This document shows positions 1-10,371 of a stretch of 64,000 nucleotides of DNA, one piece after another. How positions within the stretch are numbered: the first letter of the stretch is position 1; each line of letters begins with the position of its first letter. Location: positions 237,151 to 301,150 of the forward strand of contig JAQGNY010000010.1 in the NCBI GenBank assembly GCA_028293825.1. The letters run 5' to 3'. Made by a program: the position numbers and the translations under genes. Source of the stretch: Verrucomicrobiaceae bacterium (GTDB lineage Bacteria; Pseudomonadota; Gammaproteobacteria; Pseudomonadales; CAMLJR01). The notes below the pieces were generated by a model. The model saw only the letters and a program-made list of their open reading frames with translations. It was not told where the DNA came from and ran no database searches.

Positions 1-623
1 CGGCCGATGAGGCGACTTGGCGGGCATCGAATGCGGCCGATGTATTGGAGCGTGCCGTCGTCGTTGAAACGTTCGATGATGCCATTGCGGACTGCGGTTT
101 GGTGATCGGCAGCAGCGCGCGCGAACGCACAATCCCATGGCCGTTGCTCGATGCGCGTCGCGCTTGCGAGCAGGCCTATCGCGAAGCATCCAAGCAAAAA
201 GTGGCGCTGGTATTCGGGCGCGAAGATCGCGGCCTCACCAATGAAGAGCTGCAGAAATGCCAGCTCCATATCAATATTCCCAGCAATGCCGAATACAGCT
301 CGTTAAATGTGGCGATGGCGGTGCAGGTTATTGCTTACGAATTGCGCATGGCGCATCTCGCCAACGATCAGCCCATCGACGTCATGGCGGATTGGGATTT
401 TCCGTTCGCGCAGGCTGACGATATAGAGCGCTTTTATACGCATCTCGAACAGACATTAAGCGAAATGGGTTTTCTGAAAGCGGATGCGCCGAAGCAGACC
501 TCGGCGCGATTGCGGCGAATGTTTCAGCGCACGCGTCTCGATGCGATGGAAATCAATATGCTGCGCGGCATTCTTTCTTCCGCTCAATATTGGGTGAAGA
601 AAGCGCGCGGCGAGAATAGTTGA
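1..623 (+). CDS. trmJ: tRNA (cytidine/uridine-2'-O-)-methyltransferase TrmJ, 3' part only (gene starts upstream of the window)
   Basis: The frame is open from nt 3 to TGA 621-623. VIGSSARERTIPWPLL, ALVFGREDRGLTNEELQKC and EYSSLNVAMAVQVIAYE are collinear with the SpoU-type TrmJ C-terminal half. It lies upstream of iscR as in E. coli and Pseudomonas. Confidence 0.85.
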   Translation, partial: ADEATWRASNAADVLERAVVVETFDDAIADCGLVIGSSARERTIPWPLLDARRACEQAYREASKQKVALVFGREDRGLTNEELQKCQLHINIPSNAEYSSLNVAMAVQVIAYELRMAHLANDQPIDVMADWDFPFAQADDIERFYTHLEQTLSEMGFLKADAPKQTSARLRRMFQRTRLDAMEINMLRGILSSAQYWVKKARGENS

Positions 624-649
624 CTGCTGCGCTAGGTTTTTAGCATACT
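616..649 (+). promoter_or_regulatory. Candidate iscR promoter (TTGACT-N18-CATACT) overlapped by an IscR type-1-like half-site
   Basis: ATAGTTGACT at 616-625 matches the first half of the E. coli type-1 IscR consensus (ATASYYGACTR...); the second half is poor. A -35-like TTGACT is at 620-625 and a -10-like CATACT at 644-649, about 40 nt upstream of the iscR ATG at 689. Confidence 0.3.
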
Positions 650-688
650 CAGCCTCCTCAAGAAGATACTGGACCGGATGGGCAGGAT

Positions 689-1168
689 ATGCGTTTAACT
701 ACGAAAGGTAGGTATGCCGTCACAGCAATGCTGGATCTCGCGTTAAACGCCGAGCGCGGTCCCATTAGTCTTGCTGATATTTCTCGTCGGCAAGGTATTT
801 CACTGTCGTATCTTGAGCAATTGTTCGCCAAATTACGTCGCAGCAAATTGGTAACGAGCGTGCGTGGCCCGGGCGGTGGTTATCGTCTTAGTCGCTCCGG
901 TGGTGATATTTTTGTTGCCGAGATTATCGATTCGGTCAATGAAAGCGTGGACGCTACCGATTGCAATGGCGCTGCGGATTGTCAGGACGGTGAGACTTGC
1001 TTGACGCACTATTTATGGAGTGATTTGAGCGATCAAATACACCATTTTCTCGCGCAAATCAGTCTCGCTACTTTGGTCACGCGCCAAGAAGTGCAGGCAG
1101 TTTCTGTTCGTCAATTACAACGCGAGCGCGTCTCCCCAGAAACGATACGCTGGGAATCTATCGATTGA
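689..1168 (+). CDS. iscR: Rrf2-family Fe-S cluster regulator IscR
   Basis: [19 protein letters not shown]...[15 protein letters not shown] is a winged-helix Rrf2 N-terminus. A Cys cluster ([17 protein letters not shown]) is present. It lies directly upstream of iscS. Confidence 0.92.
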   Translation: MRLTTKGRYAVTAMLDLALNAERGPISLADISRRQGISLSYLEQLFAKLRRSKLVTSVRGPGGGYRLSRSGGDIFVAEIIDSVNESVDATDCNGAADCQDGETCLTHYLWSDLSDQIHHFLAQISLATLVTRQEVQAVSVRQLQRERVSPETIRWESID

Positions 1169-1209
1169 ATTGTTGAGGCGCGATCGCTCGATTGCGCTTG
1201 ATGGCTGTT

Positions 1210-2364
1210 ATGAATCTTCCTATTTATCTCGATTACGCGGCGACCACGCCGGTAGATCCGCGCGTCGCGGAAGCGATGTGCGCGTGTCTGACCATCGCGG
1301 GCAATTTTGGCAATCCCGCATCGCGTTCGCATATTTATGGGTGGCGCGCTGAGGAGGCTGTTGAAAATGCTCGTCGCGAAGTCGCCGATTTAATCAATGC
1401 CGATCCGCGCGAAATCGTGTGGACATCCGGCGCTACCGAATCGAATAATCTGGCGCTGAAGGGCGCTGCTTATTCGCGCCGCCACGCTGGTGTCGGTGCG
1501 CATATCGTTACCTCGTTGATTGAACATAAAGCGGTGCTCGACGTTTGCGCGCATTTGGCGCTGGACGGTTTTGAAATTACGTATCTCGATCCCGGCGCCG
1601 ACGGGATTATCGATCCGCAACAGGTGCGAGACGCCATTCGTGCGGACACGTCGCTCGTTTCAATCATGCACGCCAATAACGAAGTCGGGACGATTAACGA
1701 TATCGCCGCTATTGGCGCGATTTGTCGGGAAAGTAATGTCTGGCTGCATGTGGATGCGGCGCAGAGTGTCGGAAAATTGGCTATCGATATGCGCGCTATG
1801 GCCATCGATTTGCTGTCGATTTCCGCGCACAAGATTTATGGCCCGAAAGGTATCGGTGCGCTGTATGTTCGTCGGCGGCCGGCAGTTGATTTGGAGGCGC
1901 AAATACACGGCGGCGGTCACGAGCGCGGCATGCGTTCGGGCACATTGCCGACGCACCAAATTGTTGGATTGGGCGCCGCTTGCAAAATTGCCGGCGCTGA
2001 AATGGCGTCCGAAAATAGTCGAATTCTCGCGTTAAGAAATTACTTTTACGAGAAAGTTAGCGCCATGCCCGGTGTGGTTCTCAACGGGGATTTCACGCGG
2101 CGATTGCCCGGCAATTTAAATTTGAGCTTCGCGGGGTTAGACGGTGAGGCTTTATTGCTCGCGCTGAAGGATATTGCCGTCTCCACCGGATCGGCTTGTA
2201 CCTCGGCAAGTCTTGAGCCGTCCTATGTTTTGCGCGCGATGGGGTTGGGCGAAGAACTGGCGCAGAGCGCTATTCGATTCTCCCTTGGCCGGTTTACCTC
2301 GCGTGAAGATATTGATATCGCGGCAGGGCGCGTGCGCGACGCCATCTCTCGGCTACGCGCCTAG
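1210..2364 (+). CDS. iscS: Cysteine desulfurase, IscS type (PLP-dependent)
   Basis: [19 protein letters not shown] matches the IscS N-terminus, [10 protein letters not shown] carries the PLP lysine, and the active-site loop is [18 protein letters not shown]. The start was chosen at ATG 1210 by homology; ATG 1201 or TTG 1192 are possible. Confidence 0.93.
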   Translation: MNLPIYLDYAATTPVDPRVAEAMCACLTIAGNFGNPASRSHIYGWRAEEAVENARREVADLINADPREIVWTSGATESNNLALKGAAYSRRHAGVGAHIVTSLIEHKAVLDVCAHLALDGFEITYLDPGADGIIDPQQVRDAIRADTSLVSIMHANNEVGTINDIAAIGAICRESNVWLHVDAAQSVGKLAIDMRAMAIDLLSISAHKIYGPKGIGALYVRRRPAVDLEAQIHGGGHERGMRSGTLPTHQIVGLGAACKIAGAEMASENSRILALRNYFYEKVSAMPGVVLNGDFTRRLPGNLNLSFAGLDGEALLLALKDIAVSTGSACTSASLEPSYVLRAMGLGEELAQSAIRFSLGRFTSREDIDIAAGRVRDAISRLRA

Positions 2365-2418
2365 AAATTTTCTTGGTCGGCTAGTTGTTTTGTCATTTCC
2401 ACGGATGAGAATCCCTCA

Positions 2419-2447
2419 TACAAATTTGCGTTAAACCTGCGTATAAT
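2419..2447 (+). promoter_or_regulatory. Possible ndk promoter (perfect -10 TATAAT at 2442-2447, weak -35 TACAAA at 2419-2424)
   Basis: This is the only consensus -10 hexamer in the 159-nt iscS-ndk spacer. The -35 is weak, so this is tentative. Confidence 0.25.
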
Positions 2448-2523
2448 CGGCGCCTTTCTTCTCTTAATCCTTTTTCTAGCTTTTGTTGATAACTTGCTAA
2501 GTTGTTAATTTTTGGAGAGTTTC

Positions 2524-2952
2524 ATGGCAGTTGAACGCACCCTTTCTATTATCAAGCCCGATGCCGTTGCGAAGAATGTAGTTGGCGAAATTTACAGCCG
2601 ATTCGAGAAAGCGGGCTTGCATCTTGTTGCTGCAAAAATGTTGCGTCTCAGCCGCGAGCAGGCGGAAGGGTTTTATGCCGAACACAAAGGTCGTCCGTTT
2701 TTCCCCGCACTGATTGATTTCATGACTTCCGGTCCGGTCACCGTGCAAGTGTTGGAAGGCGAAAATGCCGTGTTGAAAAACCGCGAACTAATGGGCGCAA
2801 CCAACCCAAAAAACGCCGAGCCCGGCACCATTCGTGCGGATTTCGCCGAGTCGATCGACGCTAACGCGGTACACGGTTCTGACGCTCCTGCTTCGGCTGC
2901 GCGTGAAATTGCCTACTTTTTCGCTACCTGCGAATTGTGCGAGCGCGCCTGA
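2524..2952 (+). CDS. ndk: Nucleoside diphosphate kinase
   Basis: [15 protein letters not shown]..., NAVHGSD active-site His, GGAG 6 nt upstream of ATG 2524. Confidence 0.97.
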   Translation: MAVERTLSIIKPDAVAKNVVGEIYSRFEKAGLHLVAAKMLRLSREQAEGFYAEHKGRPFFPALIDFMTSGPVTVQVLEGENAVLKNRELMGATNPKNAEPGTIRADFAESIDANAVHGSDAPASAAREIAYFFATCELCERA

Positions 2953-2957
2953 TAAGC

Positions 2958-4097
2958 ATGGATAACGCTGCGGTAGAGGTCGTGGAAAAGGTCAATTTAT
3001 TAGGGCTTTCCCGCGTAAAAATGGAGCAGTTTCTCGTCGAGATTGGCGAGAAGCCGTTTCGCGCGCAGCAAATTTTGAAGTGGATTCATCATGCGGGTGT
3101 CGACGATTTTGAGTTGATGACGAATATCGGCAAATCGTTGCGCGCGAAGTTGCAACAGGTCGCCGAGATTCGTCCTCCCGAAATCGTCAGCCAAAAAGAC
3201 TCAACCGATGGCACGCGCAAATGGGCTATTCGTGTCGAGGGCGGTAATTTGGTCGAGACCGTGCTTATTCCCGACGGTCATCGCGGCACTTTGTGCGTGT
3301 CGTCGCAGGTTGGATGCAGTCTCGATTGCAGCTTCTGCTCGACCGGCAAGCAAGGTTTTCAACGCGACCTGACCGCGGCCGAAATCATCGGCCAAGTGTG
3401 GCTAGCGATTAAATCGTACGACGCCTTTGGTGCCAAAGAACGCACTGTTACCAATGTGGTAATGATGGGTATGGGCGAACCGCTGCTCAACTTCGACAAT
3501 GTTGTCGATGCGATGGGTTTGATGATGGATGATTTCGGTTACGGAATTTCCAAGCGTCGCGTCACGCTCAGCACCTCAGGTGTAGTGCCGGCGTTGGATC
3601 GTCTCGGTGAGGTTAGCGACGTTTCGTTGGCTGTATCGCTGCACGCACCGAACGATGAATTACGCGACCAATTGGTGCCGATCAATCGCCGTTATCCGAT
3701 CGCCGAATTGCTGGCCGCCTGCCAGCGTTATCTCGATCGTCAAACCGATACGCATCGCGTGGTAACTATCGAATACACGTTGATGGCTGGCATTAATGAC
3801 AGCGTTGAGCTCGCGCGCGAATTGGCCGAAGTGCTGCGCAATTTGCCATGCAAAATTAATTTAATTCCGTTTAATCCATTTCCCCACTCTTCATACGAGC
3901 GACCGAGCAAAGTGGCGATTGAGCGGTTTTGGGAAGTGTTAACTAAAGCGGGCTATGTCGCGACTGTGCGCACCACGCGCGGTGACGATATCGATGCAGC
4001 CTGCGGACAATTAGTCGGACAAGTCACCGACCGCACGCGTCGCAGCGAGCGTTATCGCGAACTGCAGGCCGGTCCCGACCCGATTCGTATCCTATAG
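2958..4097 (+). CDS. rlmN: 23S rRNA/tRNA adenine-C2 methyltransferase RlmN (radical SAM)
   Basis: Radical-SAM motif [23 protein letters not shown]-terminus, MGMGEPLLN. Conserved ndk-rlmN-pilW order. Confidence 0.95.
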   Translation: MDNAAVEVVEKVNLLGLSRVKMEQFLVEIGEKPFRAQQILKWIHHAGVDDFELMTNIGKSLRAKLQQVAEIRPPEIVSQKDSTDGTRKWAIRVEGGNLVETVLIPDGHRGTLCVSSQVGCSLDCSFCSTGKQGFQRDLTAAEIIGQVWLAIKSYDAFGAKERTVTNVVMMGMGEPLLNFDNVVDAMGLMMDDFGYGISKRRVTLSTSGVVPALDRLGEVSDVSLAVSLHAPNDELRDQLVPINRRYPIAELLAACQRYLDRQTDTHRVVTIEYTLMAGINDSVELARELAEVLRNLPCKINLIPFNPFPHSSYERPSKVAIERFWEVLTKAGYVATVRTTRGDDIDAACGQLVGQVTDRTRRSERYRELQAGPDPIRIL

Positions 4098-4106
4098 TGT
4101 GCTGAC

Positions 4107-4919
4107 ATGACAATAATCAAGAGCGCACCGATGACCAGATATTTATCGGCAGTAATGCTTACGTTTTTTACGCTGTTCGCGTTGCAAGGTTGCGTTACCA
4201 CACAAACCGGTGGTTTCGGGGAAAAAAAAGACCCAAAAAAGGCGCTTGAATACTCGGTTCAAGCAGCCAGAGGCTATATTCAACAGGGCAATTGGGAAGC
4301 GGCAAAACGGCATTTGAAAACAGCGCTCGAAATTGACGATCGCAATGCCGATGTACACGAAACCATGGCCCAAGTGTTTTGGAATACGGGCGAATACGAG
4401 CAGGCCGATTTGCACTTTCGGCGCGCGCTTTCGATCAACAGTAACGATGCGCGGATTCACAACAATTACGCGGCATTTCTTTACGATCGTAAACGTTATG
4501 CCGAGGCTGAAACCGAACTCGAAAAAGTAGCGGAAGATCTGATGTACGATCGCCGCGCCGATGCCTTCGTCAACTTGGGACGAGTGCGGATTAAGTTAAA
4601 GAAATATGCCGCCGCTAAGGATGTTTTAGAGCGCGCCGCATTAATGGATCGCGGCAATTTGATGCTGACTTTCCAATTGGCAGAAGTGTATTACCAGCTT
4701 GGCGACTATGCTAAAGCACAGAGTTATTACGACAGTTATCGCAAATCGGTTAACGGGCAGACGGCTGCCTCGTTGTGGTTAGGAATTCGGCTCGCAGAGA
4801 AATTCAGTGATTACGACGCCGCTGCAAGTTATGCGCTGGCGCTGAAGAATCTATATCCGCAGTCCGAAGAATATCTCGCCTATAAGGGTGCAAATCGCGA
4901 TGGTGGAACAAAACCATAA
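4107..4919 (+). CDS. pilW: Type IV pilus biogenesis/stability lipoprotein PilW (PilF-like TPR protein)
   Basis: Lipobox LFALQGC and TPR repeats throughout. The position between rlmN and rodZ matches Pseudomonas pilF. Confidence 0.85.
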   Translation: MTIIKSAPMTRYLSAVMLTFFTLFALQGCVTTQTGGFGEKKDPKKALEYSVQAARGYIQQGNWEAAKRHLKTALEIDDRNADVHETMAQVFWNTGEYEQADLHFRRALSINSNDARIHNNYAAFLYDRKRYAEAETELEKVAEDLMYDRRADAFVNLGRVRIKLKKYAAAKDVLERAALMDRGNLMLTFQLAEVYYQLGDYAKAQSYYDSYRKSVNGQTAASLWLGIRLAEKFSDYDAAASYALALKNLYPQSEEYLAYKGANRDGGTKP

Positions 4920-5793
4920 CGCCATCAAGGATGAAGCGGCGACAAAAGCTGTCGGAACGACAGCAGGGGAATTACTGCAACAGGCGCGCGAAAGCGCCGG
5001 TCTGACGCGCGCAGCTATAGCTGAAAGTTTGAATTTGTTGCCGGCCCAAGTCATCGCGCTGGAGCAAAATGATTTCAAACGCTTTCCCGGTGAGACCTTC
5101 GTAAAAGGCCATTTGCGCAGCTACGCGCGGTTGCTCAAGTTGGATGGCGATATAGTTTTGCGTGCTTACGGCGGCAGCGCTGCACGCATTGCGCAAGCAC
5201 CGGATAACTCCCCCGCATTCACATGGCGACCGGTAAGTTTGGATGCAAAATCCAGTCGCTGGAAACGTTACTCCGGTTTGGCGGCAGCTTTTGCCGTTAT
5301 TTTTTCGCTGTGGGGATGGCAGCAGCATCGCGATCACGCCCAGGTGTTATCGCTAACAGCGGAAACCAGTGATACGGTTGGAGGCATCGACTCCGCCCTG
5401 AACAGCGATGCTGAAAGTGCGTTGATGGACAGTGTGCAGTTGCTGCCGACCGCGCCGTCGCCAACCCTGCCGGTTGCTTCGTCTAATCCGCAAGCGCCCG
5501 CTACTAATTCGCAAGTGCCAACGACACCGCAAACCCAGGTGGTCGGCGATGCCGATAAGTTGAGTTTGCGGTTTTCTGCGGATTGCTGGATTGAAATAAA
5601 AGATCGCGACAATCATTTGTTGGTGGCGACGCTGAAACATGCTACCGAGCAACTGCAGATCGAAGGCCGCGGCCCGTTCCGCGTGTTGCTCGGTTATGCG
5701 CCCGGTGTCGTGATGGCGTATAACGGCGCGCCGGTTAAAGTGGACGTTGCCGAAGGCAGCCGCTCCACGCGGTTGATTGTCGGCAGCAGCTAA
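4900..5793 (+). CDS. rodZ: Cytoskeleton protein RodZ (HTH + TM + DUF4115-like C-terminus)
   Basis: XRE-type HTH (GELLQQARESAGLTRAAIAESLNL), a single TM (LAAAFAVIFSLWGW), a P/S/T-rich linker and a C-terminal LSLRFSADCWIEIKD domain. Start ATG 4900 (GTG 4888 possible) overlaps the pilW end. Confidence 0.85.
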   Translation: MVEQNHNAIKDEAATKAVGTTAGELLQQARESAGLTRAAIAESLNLLPAQVIALEQNDFKRFPGETFVKGHLRSYARLLKLDGDIVLRAYGGSAARIAQAPDNSPAFTWRPVSLDAKSSRWKRYSGLAAAFAVIFSLWGWQQHRDHAQVLSLTAETSDTVGGIDSALNSDAESALMDSVQLLPTAPSPTLPVASSNPQAPATNSQVPTTPQTQVVGDADKLSLRFSADCWIEIKDRDNHLLVATLKHATEQLQIEGRGPFRVLLGYAPGVVMAYNGAPVKVDVAEGSRSTRLIVGSS

Positions 5794-5874
5794 GTGCAAA
5801 TGCCCGTCGCTGATGGGCGCATATCCACGGGTGCTCGCAGTGCCGGCATCCCCGCTTGTGCAGGTTGATTTCCC

Positions 5875-6987
5875 ATGAAGTTCGAATCACCCATCCGCCG
5901 CCGTAAATCGCGGCAGATCTGGATTGGCAAAGTGCCGGTTGGCGGCGATGCACCGATTTCCGTGCAGACAATGACCAATACCGAAACCTGTGATGTCGCA
6001 GCGACCGTTGCCCAGATTAAGCGGGCGACCGATGCCGGCGCCGATATCGTGCGCGTTTCCATTCCCAGTATGGAAGCAGCGGAAGCGTTCAAACTGATCC
6101 GTCAGCAAGTCGATACCGCGCTCGTCGCGGATATTCATTTCGATTACAAAATCGCGTTGAAAGTCGCTGAATACGGCGTCGATTGCTTGCGCATCAATCC
6201 CGGTAATATCGGCCGCGAAGATCGCGTGCGCGCGGTGGTCGATTGCGCTCGCGACAAAAATATTCCGATCCGTATCGGCGTCAATGCGGGATCGCTGGAA
6301 AAAGACCTGCAGAAAAAATACGGCGAACCTACGCCCGATGCGCTGGTTGAATCAGCCATGCGCCATGTCGAACTGCTCGCGAAGTTGAATTTCGATAATT
6401 TCAAACTCAGTGTTAAGGCCTCCGATGTATTTATGGCGGTGGCGGCCTATCGCAAGATTGCGATGCTGATCGATCAGCCGCTGCACTTGGGAATTACCGA
6501 AGCCGGTGGTTTGCGTGGCGGTACGGTTAAATCCGCGGTTGGTCTCGGCATGTTGTTGATGGACGGGATTGGCGACACGATTCGAATTTCACTTGCCGCC
6601 GATGTGGTTGAGGAAGTGAAAGTCGGCTACGAGATTCTAAAAAGTCTAAAACTGCGCACGCGCGGTATTAATTTCATCGCCTGCCCAAGTTGTTCGCGAC
6701 AAAACTTCGATGTGATCGCCACGCTTAATGCGCTGGAGATGCGTCTTGAGGATTTAAATGTGCCGCTCGATGTTGCCGTCATCGGCTGCATCGTTAATGG
6801 TCCCGGCGAGGCGAAAGAAGCCGATATCGGTCTTACCGGCGCGTCGCCGAACAATTTGGTGTACGTCGACGGCGAGCCGGACCACAAAGTGGTGAACGCC
6901 GAATTGGTCGATCACCTGGAAAAACTGATCCGCAGTAAAGCCGCCGCCAAGGTTGAAGCCGAAAAAAATCTGATTGCGCAGGGCTGA
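5875..6987 (+). CDS. ispG: 4-hydroxy-3-methylbut-2-en-1-yl diphosphate synthase IspG
   Basis: [15 protein letters not shown] and GCIVNGPGE Fe-S ligand motifs; conserved synteny. Confidence 0.97.
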   Translation: MKFESPIRRRKSRQIWIGKVPVGGDAPISVQTMTNTETCDVAATVAQIKRATDAGADIVRVSIPSMEAAEAFKLIRQQVDTALVADIHFDYKIALKVAEYGVDCLRINPGNIGREDRVRAVVDCARDKNIPIRIGVNAGSLEKDLQKKYGEPTPDALVESAMRHVELLAKLNFDNFKLSVKASDVFMAVAAYRKIAMLIDQPLHLGITEAGGLRGGTVKSAVGLGMLLMDGIGDTIRISLAADVVEEVKVGYEILKSLKLRTRGINFIACPSCSRQNFDVIATLNALEMRLEDLNVPLDVAVIGCIVNGPGEAKEADIGLTGASPNNLVYVDGEPDHKVVNAELVDHLEKLIRSKAAAKVEAEKNLIAQG

Positions 6988-7125
6988 GTTGTCTTTTCGC
7001 ATATAATGCCGCCCACCGCCGCTGGCGGCGCGCGCTCCGCACTAGCGAGTACCGCGCAAATATCGAAGCAATACGAATAAGCACCGCGACCGCCGCATCC
7101 GTAGTCGACTAATTTTGAGCTTTCA

Positions 7126-8418
7126 ATGAGTAAGATCCAATCGATCAGGGGGATGAATGACATCCTCCCCGAGCAGACGCCGCTTTGGCAGTATGTCGAG
7201 CGTATCGGCGCGCAGCTGCTTGCCAGCTATGGCTATCAGGAAATTCGTTTTCCGATCCTTGAGCAAACCGAGCTGTTCAAACGCTCGATCGGCGAAGTCA
7301 CCGATATCGTCGAAAAAGAAATGTACACATTTGAAGATCGCAACGGCGACAGCCTGACCTTGCGCCCGGAAGGCACCGCCAGTTGCGTGCGCGCGTGCGA
7401 GCAGAATGGCCTGCTGTTCAATCAGACCCAGCGTCTTTGGTACACCGGCCCCATGTTTCGTCATGAGCGTCCGCAGAAAGGCCGCCTGCGTCAGTTTCAT
7501 CAAATTGGCGTTGAAGCGTTCGGCATGAGCGGCCCGGATATTGATGCCGAGTTGATTCTTCTAACGGCGCGACTGTGGCGCGCGCTTGGCGTGATCGATC
7601 ACGTGGTGCTCGAATTAAATAGCATCGGTTCTGCCGCTGCGCGGGCGAACTACAAAGCAGCGCTGGTGGTTTATTTACAGCAGTTTTTTGAACAGCTCGA
7701 TGCCGACAGTCAGCGTCGGTTGCTTACCAATCCGCTACGCATTCTCGATAGCAAAGATGAAAATACGCGCGCGATATTAATTAATGCGCCGTCGTTGTCG
7801 GATTATCTCGACGATGAATCGAAGCAGCATTTTCAGCAATTGCGCGACTTGCTGGATGGCGCCGGTGTGCGCTACATGATTAACCCCGCACTGGTTCGCG
7901 GTCTCGATTATTACGGCAAAACCGTGTTCGAATGGACCACCGACAAATTGGGTGCACAGGCGACTGTGTGTGCCGGCGGCCGTTACGACGGTTTGGTCGA
8001 GCAACTCGGCGGTAAAGCGACACCGGCGGTCGGCTTCGGTATGGGCATCGAGCGGCTGTGTTTATTACTTGAGGCCTGTAATGCGGTGCCTACGGATATT
8101 GTGGCGTCGCCGCAGGTCTATATCGTCGCCGTTGGCGCGCGCGCTGAAGCGCAGGCGGTGATTCTCGCCGAAAAATTGCGTGATCAGCTGCCGCTATTGA
8201 AATTGATTACGCATTGCGGCGGCGGCAGTTTCAAAAGTCAGTTTAAAAAAGCGGATAAAAGCGGCGCTCAACTGGCGTTGATTCTCGGCGATCAGGAAGT
8301 CGAATCCGCAAGCATCAATATTAAATGGCTGCGCGATGAGCAGAGCGAGCAACAGACCATTGCACAGCCGCAATTGGCTGAATTTCTCGCCGCAGCGTTG
8401 CATTCAAAAACACAATAA
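7126..8418 (+). CDS. hisS: Histidine--tRNA ligase
   Basis: GMNDILP, class II motifs [19 protein letters not shown] and [10 protein letters not shown], plus a C-terminal anticodon-binding domain. Confidence 0.97.
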   Translation: MSKIQSIRGMNDILPEQTPLWQYVERIGAQLLASYGYQEIRFPILEQTELFKRSIGEVTDIVEKEMYTFEDRNGDSLTLRPEGTASCVRACEQNGLLFNQTQRLWYTGPMFRHERPQKGRLRQFHQIGVEAFGMSGPDIDAELILLTARLWRALGVIDHVVLELNSIGSAAARANYKAALVVYLQQFFEQLDADSQRRLLTNPLRILDSKDENTRAILINAPSLSDYLDDESKQHFQQLRDLLDGAGVRYMINPALVRGLDYYGKTVFEWTTDKLGAQATVCAGGRYDGLVEQLGGKATPAVGFGMGIERLCLLLEACNAVPTDIVASPQVYIVAVGARAEAQAVILAEKLRDQLPLLKLITHCGGGSFKSQFKKADKSGAQLALILGDQEVESASINIKWLRDEQSEQQTIAQPQLAEFLAAALHSKTQ

Positions 8419-8433
8419 ATAAGGGGTAAAACC

Positions 8434-9138
8434 GTGCAGGTTTACACAACGGAAGACGAACAGGTTGAAGCGATCAAGCGTTGGTTTCTCGATTACGGAC
8501 GTTATGTTTTAACCGGAATATTAGTGGCTGCGGTAGCGGCATTCGGCGTTTACAGTTGGAAGCAGCGCCAGGCTCATCAAACAGCGGCAGCGTCTCTCGA
8601 ATACCAAAGCCTGCTGCAGGCCCTGCAACAGGTTGACGCCAATACCACCACGAGCAAAGAAGCGCTGACGACCGCGCGGCATTTTGCCGACACGCTGAAA
8701 AATGATTTCGCGGCGACCACATATGCGCAATTTGCTGCGTTATTCAAAGCCAAGCTCGCTGTGCAGGAAAACGATCTTGCCCAAGCCGAAAGCGAATTGA
8801 AGTGGGTGCTCGATAAAAAGCCGTCCACAGAAATAAAAGTGACGACGCAATTGCGTCTGGCGCGTGTGTTGAACGCTAAAGGCGATACAGCGGGCGCGTT
8901 AGCGCTGCTCGATGAAAAAGAAGCGGGCAGTTATGCCTCTGCTTTTGTGCAGCTAAAAGGCGACATTGCATTAGCTAAAGGCGATGTGAGTAGCGCCCGT
9001 ACCGAATATGAAAAAGCACAGGAATTGGAACGCAAAATGACTTCGCCGATTAACGATCCACTGCTCGAAATGAAATTGCGCGATCTGCAAGCTGGCGATA
9101 AATCTGCCGCCGATAAAAAAGCGCAGGGAGCGAGCTGA
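8434..9138 (+). CDS. yfgM: YfgM-family membrane-anchored TPR protein
   Basis: N-terminus MQVYTTEDEQVEAIKRWF followed by a TM, similar to E. coli YfgM. GTG start with an AAGGGG RBS. Located between hisS and bamB. Confidence 0.85.
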   Translation: MQVYTTEDEQVEAIKRWFLDYGRYVLTGILVAAVAAFGVYSWKQRQAHQTAAASLEYQSLLQALQQVDANTTTSKEALTTARHFADTLKNDFAATTYAQFAALFKAKLAVQENDLAQAESELKWVLDKKPSTEIKVTTQLRLARVLNAKGDTAGALALLDEKEAGSYASAFVQLKGDIALAKGDVSSARTEYEKAQELERKMTSPINDPLLEMKLRDLQAGDKSAADKKAQGAS

Positions 9139-10307
9139 TGTCGATGCAATTTATTGTTAGAAAAAGTTTTCGCGCCACGGTTTTATTGTTAGCGCTCGGT
9201 GCTATCGCCGCGTGCAGTTCGAACAAGGACAAAGATCAGGAGCCTGCACCGCTGCCGGATTTTAAAGCCGAGCGCTCGTTCGATAAATTGTGGAGCCATG
9301 GCGTTGGCAACGGCCAGGGCAAGCTATACAACCGACTCGCGCCGGTCGTTCACGATAAAAAAATATTCGCCGCAGCGGCGAATGGCAAAGTTGAAGCCTT
9401 CGATCGCATCTCGGGTAAATCGCTGTGGGATGCCGATATCGATGTGCCGGTATCAGGTGGCGTCGGTGTCGGCGGCGGTTTAGTGCTGGTGGCATCCGAA
9501 GACGGCCGGGTGTGGGCGCTCAATGAAGAGACCGGCAAGACACTGTGGAAAACTCAACTCGGCGGCCAGATTCTTTCCGCGCCGCAGAGCGATGGGACGT
9601 TTGTCGTCGCCCTTACCTTTAGCGGCGACGTAGTCGGACTCGATGCCAAAACTGGCGCCATCAAATGGGCTTATGCAGGCACCGCGCCGGTGCTCAGTTT
9701 GCGCGCCAGCAGCACGCCGATCATCGTCGACGGCACGGTGTTGGCAGGTCTTGCCAACGGCAAAGTTGTGGCGCTGGAAATTGCCAGTGGCCGCGCGTTG
9801 TGGGAAGTGCGTGTCGGCATCGGTCAAGGCAGCTCGGAAATTGAACGCCAGGTCGATGTCAGCGGCGATTTGTTAGTGGATGACGACACCTTGTACGCGG
9901 TTTCTTATCAAGGTCGTTTAACCGCGATTGAACTGCGCAGCGGTCGCCGTCTTTGGGAAAACAACGCATCCAGTTATGTTGGTTTGAGTACAGACGTCAG
10001 TAATATTTACGTCGTCGGCGCGACCGGCAACGTCACTGCATTTACCAAAAGCAGTCGCGGTGTGCGCTGGGAACAAACCGCTTTAGCGCGCCGGCAATTG
10101 AGCGGCTCTGCGGTGTTGGGTAATTACGTGGCCTTTGGCGATTACGCCGGCTATTTGCATTTGTTATCGCAGTTGGATGGACATTTTGTCGCGCGTACGC
10201 GTGTCGATAGCGATGGCCTGCGTGTAGCGCCATTGGTAGTCGACGATATTTTGTACGTGTACGGCAACAGCGGTGATCTTGAAGCTTACAAATTGGAGAA
10301 AAAATAG
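9138..10307 (+). CDS. bamB: Outer membrane protein assembly factor BamB (PQQ-like beta-propeller lipoprotein)
   Basis: Lipobox LGAIAAC and repeated G-x-LWK/W beta-propeller blades. The ATG overlaps the yfgM stop (TGATG). Confidence 0.93.
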   Translation: MSMQFIVRKSFRATVLLLALGAIAACSSNKDKDQEPAPLPDFKAERSFDKLWSHGVGNGQGKLYNRLAPVVHDKKIFAAAANGKVEAFDRISGKSLWDADIDVPVSGGVGVGGGLVLVASEDGRVWALNEETGKTLWKTQLGGQILSAPQSDGTFVVALTFSGDVVGLDAKTGAIKWAYAGTAPVLSLRASSTPIIVDGTVLAGLANGKVVALEIASGRALWEVRVGIGQGSSEIERQVDVSGDLLVDDDTLYAVSYQGRLTAIELRSGRRLWENNASSYVGLSTDVSNIYVVGATGNVTAFTKSSRGVRWEQTALARRQLSGSAVLGNYVAFGDYAGYLHLLSQLDGHFVARTRVDSDGLRVAPLVVDDILYVYGNSGDLEAYKLEKK

Positions 10308-10371
10308 TTTTCAGTCGAATGAATGCGCCGCAATCGATGCGGCGTATTTATCGGCGGACAGCTGAACTCAC

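Noticed and set aside
2426-2447. TTGCGT ... TATAAT as a strong sigma70 promoter for ndk
   Set aside because: The TTGCGT hexamer is only 10 nt from the TATAAT, so the spacing is incompatible. Only the -10 with a weak alternative -35 is reported, at low confidence.
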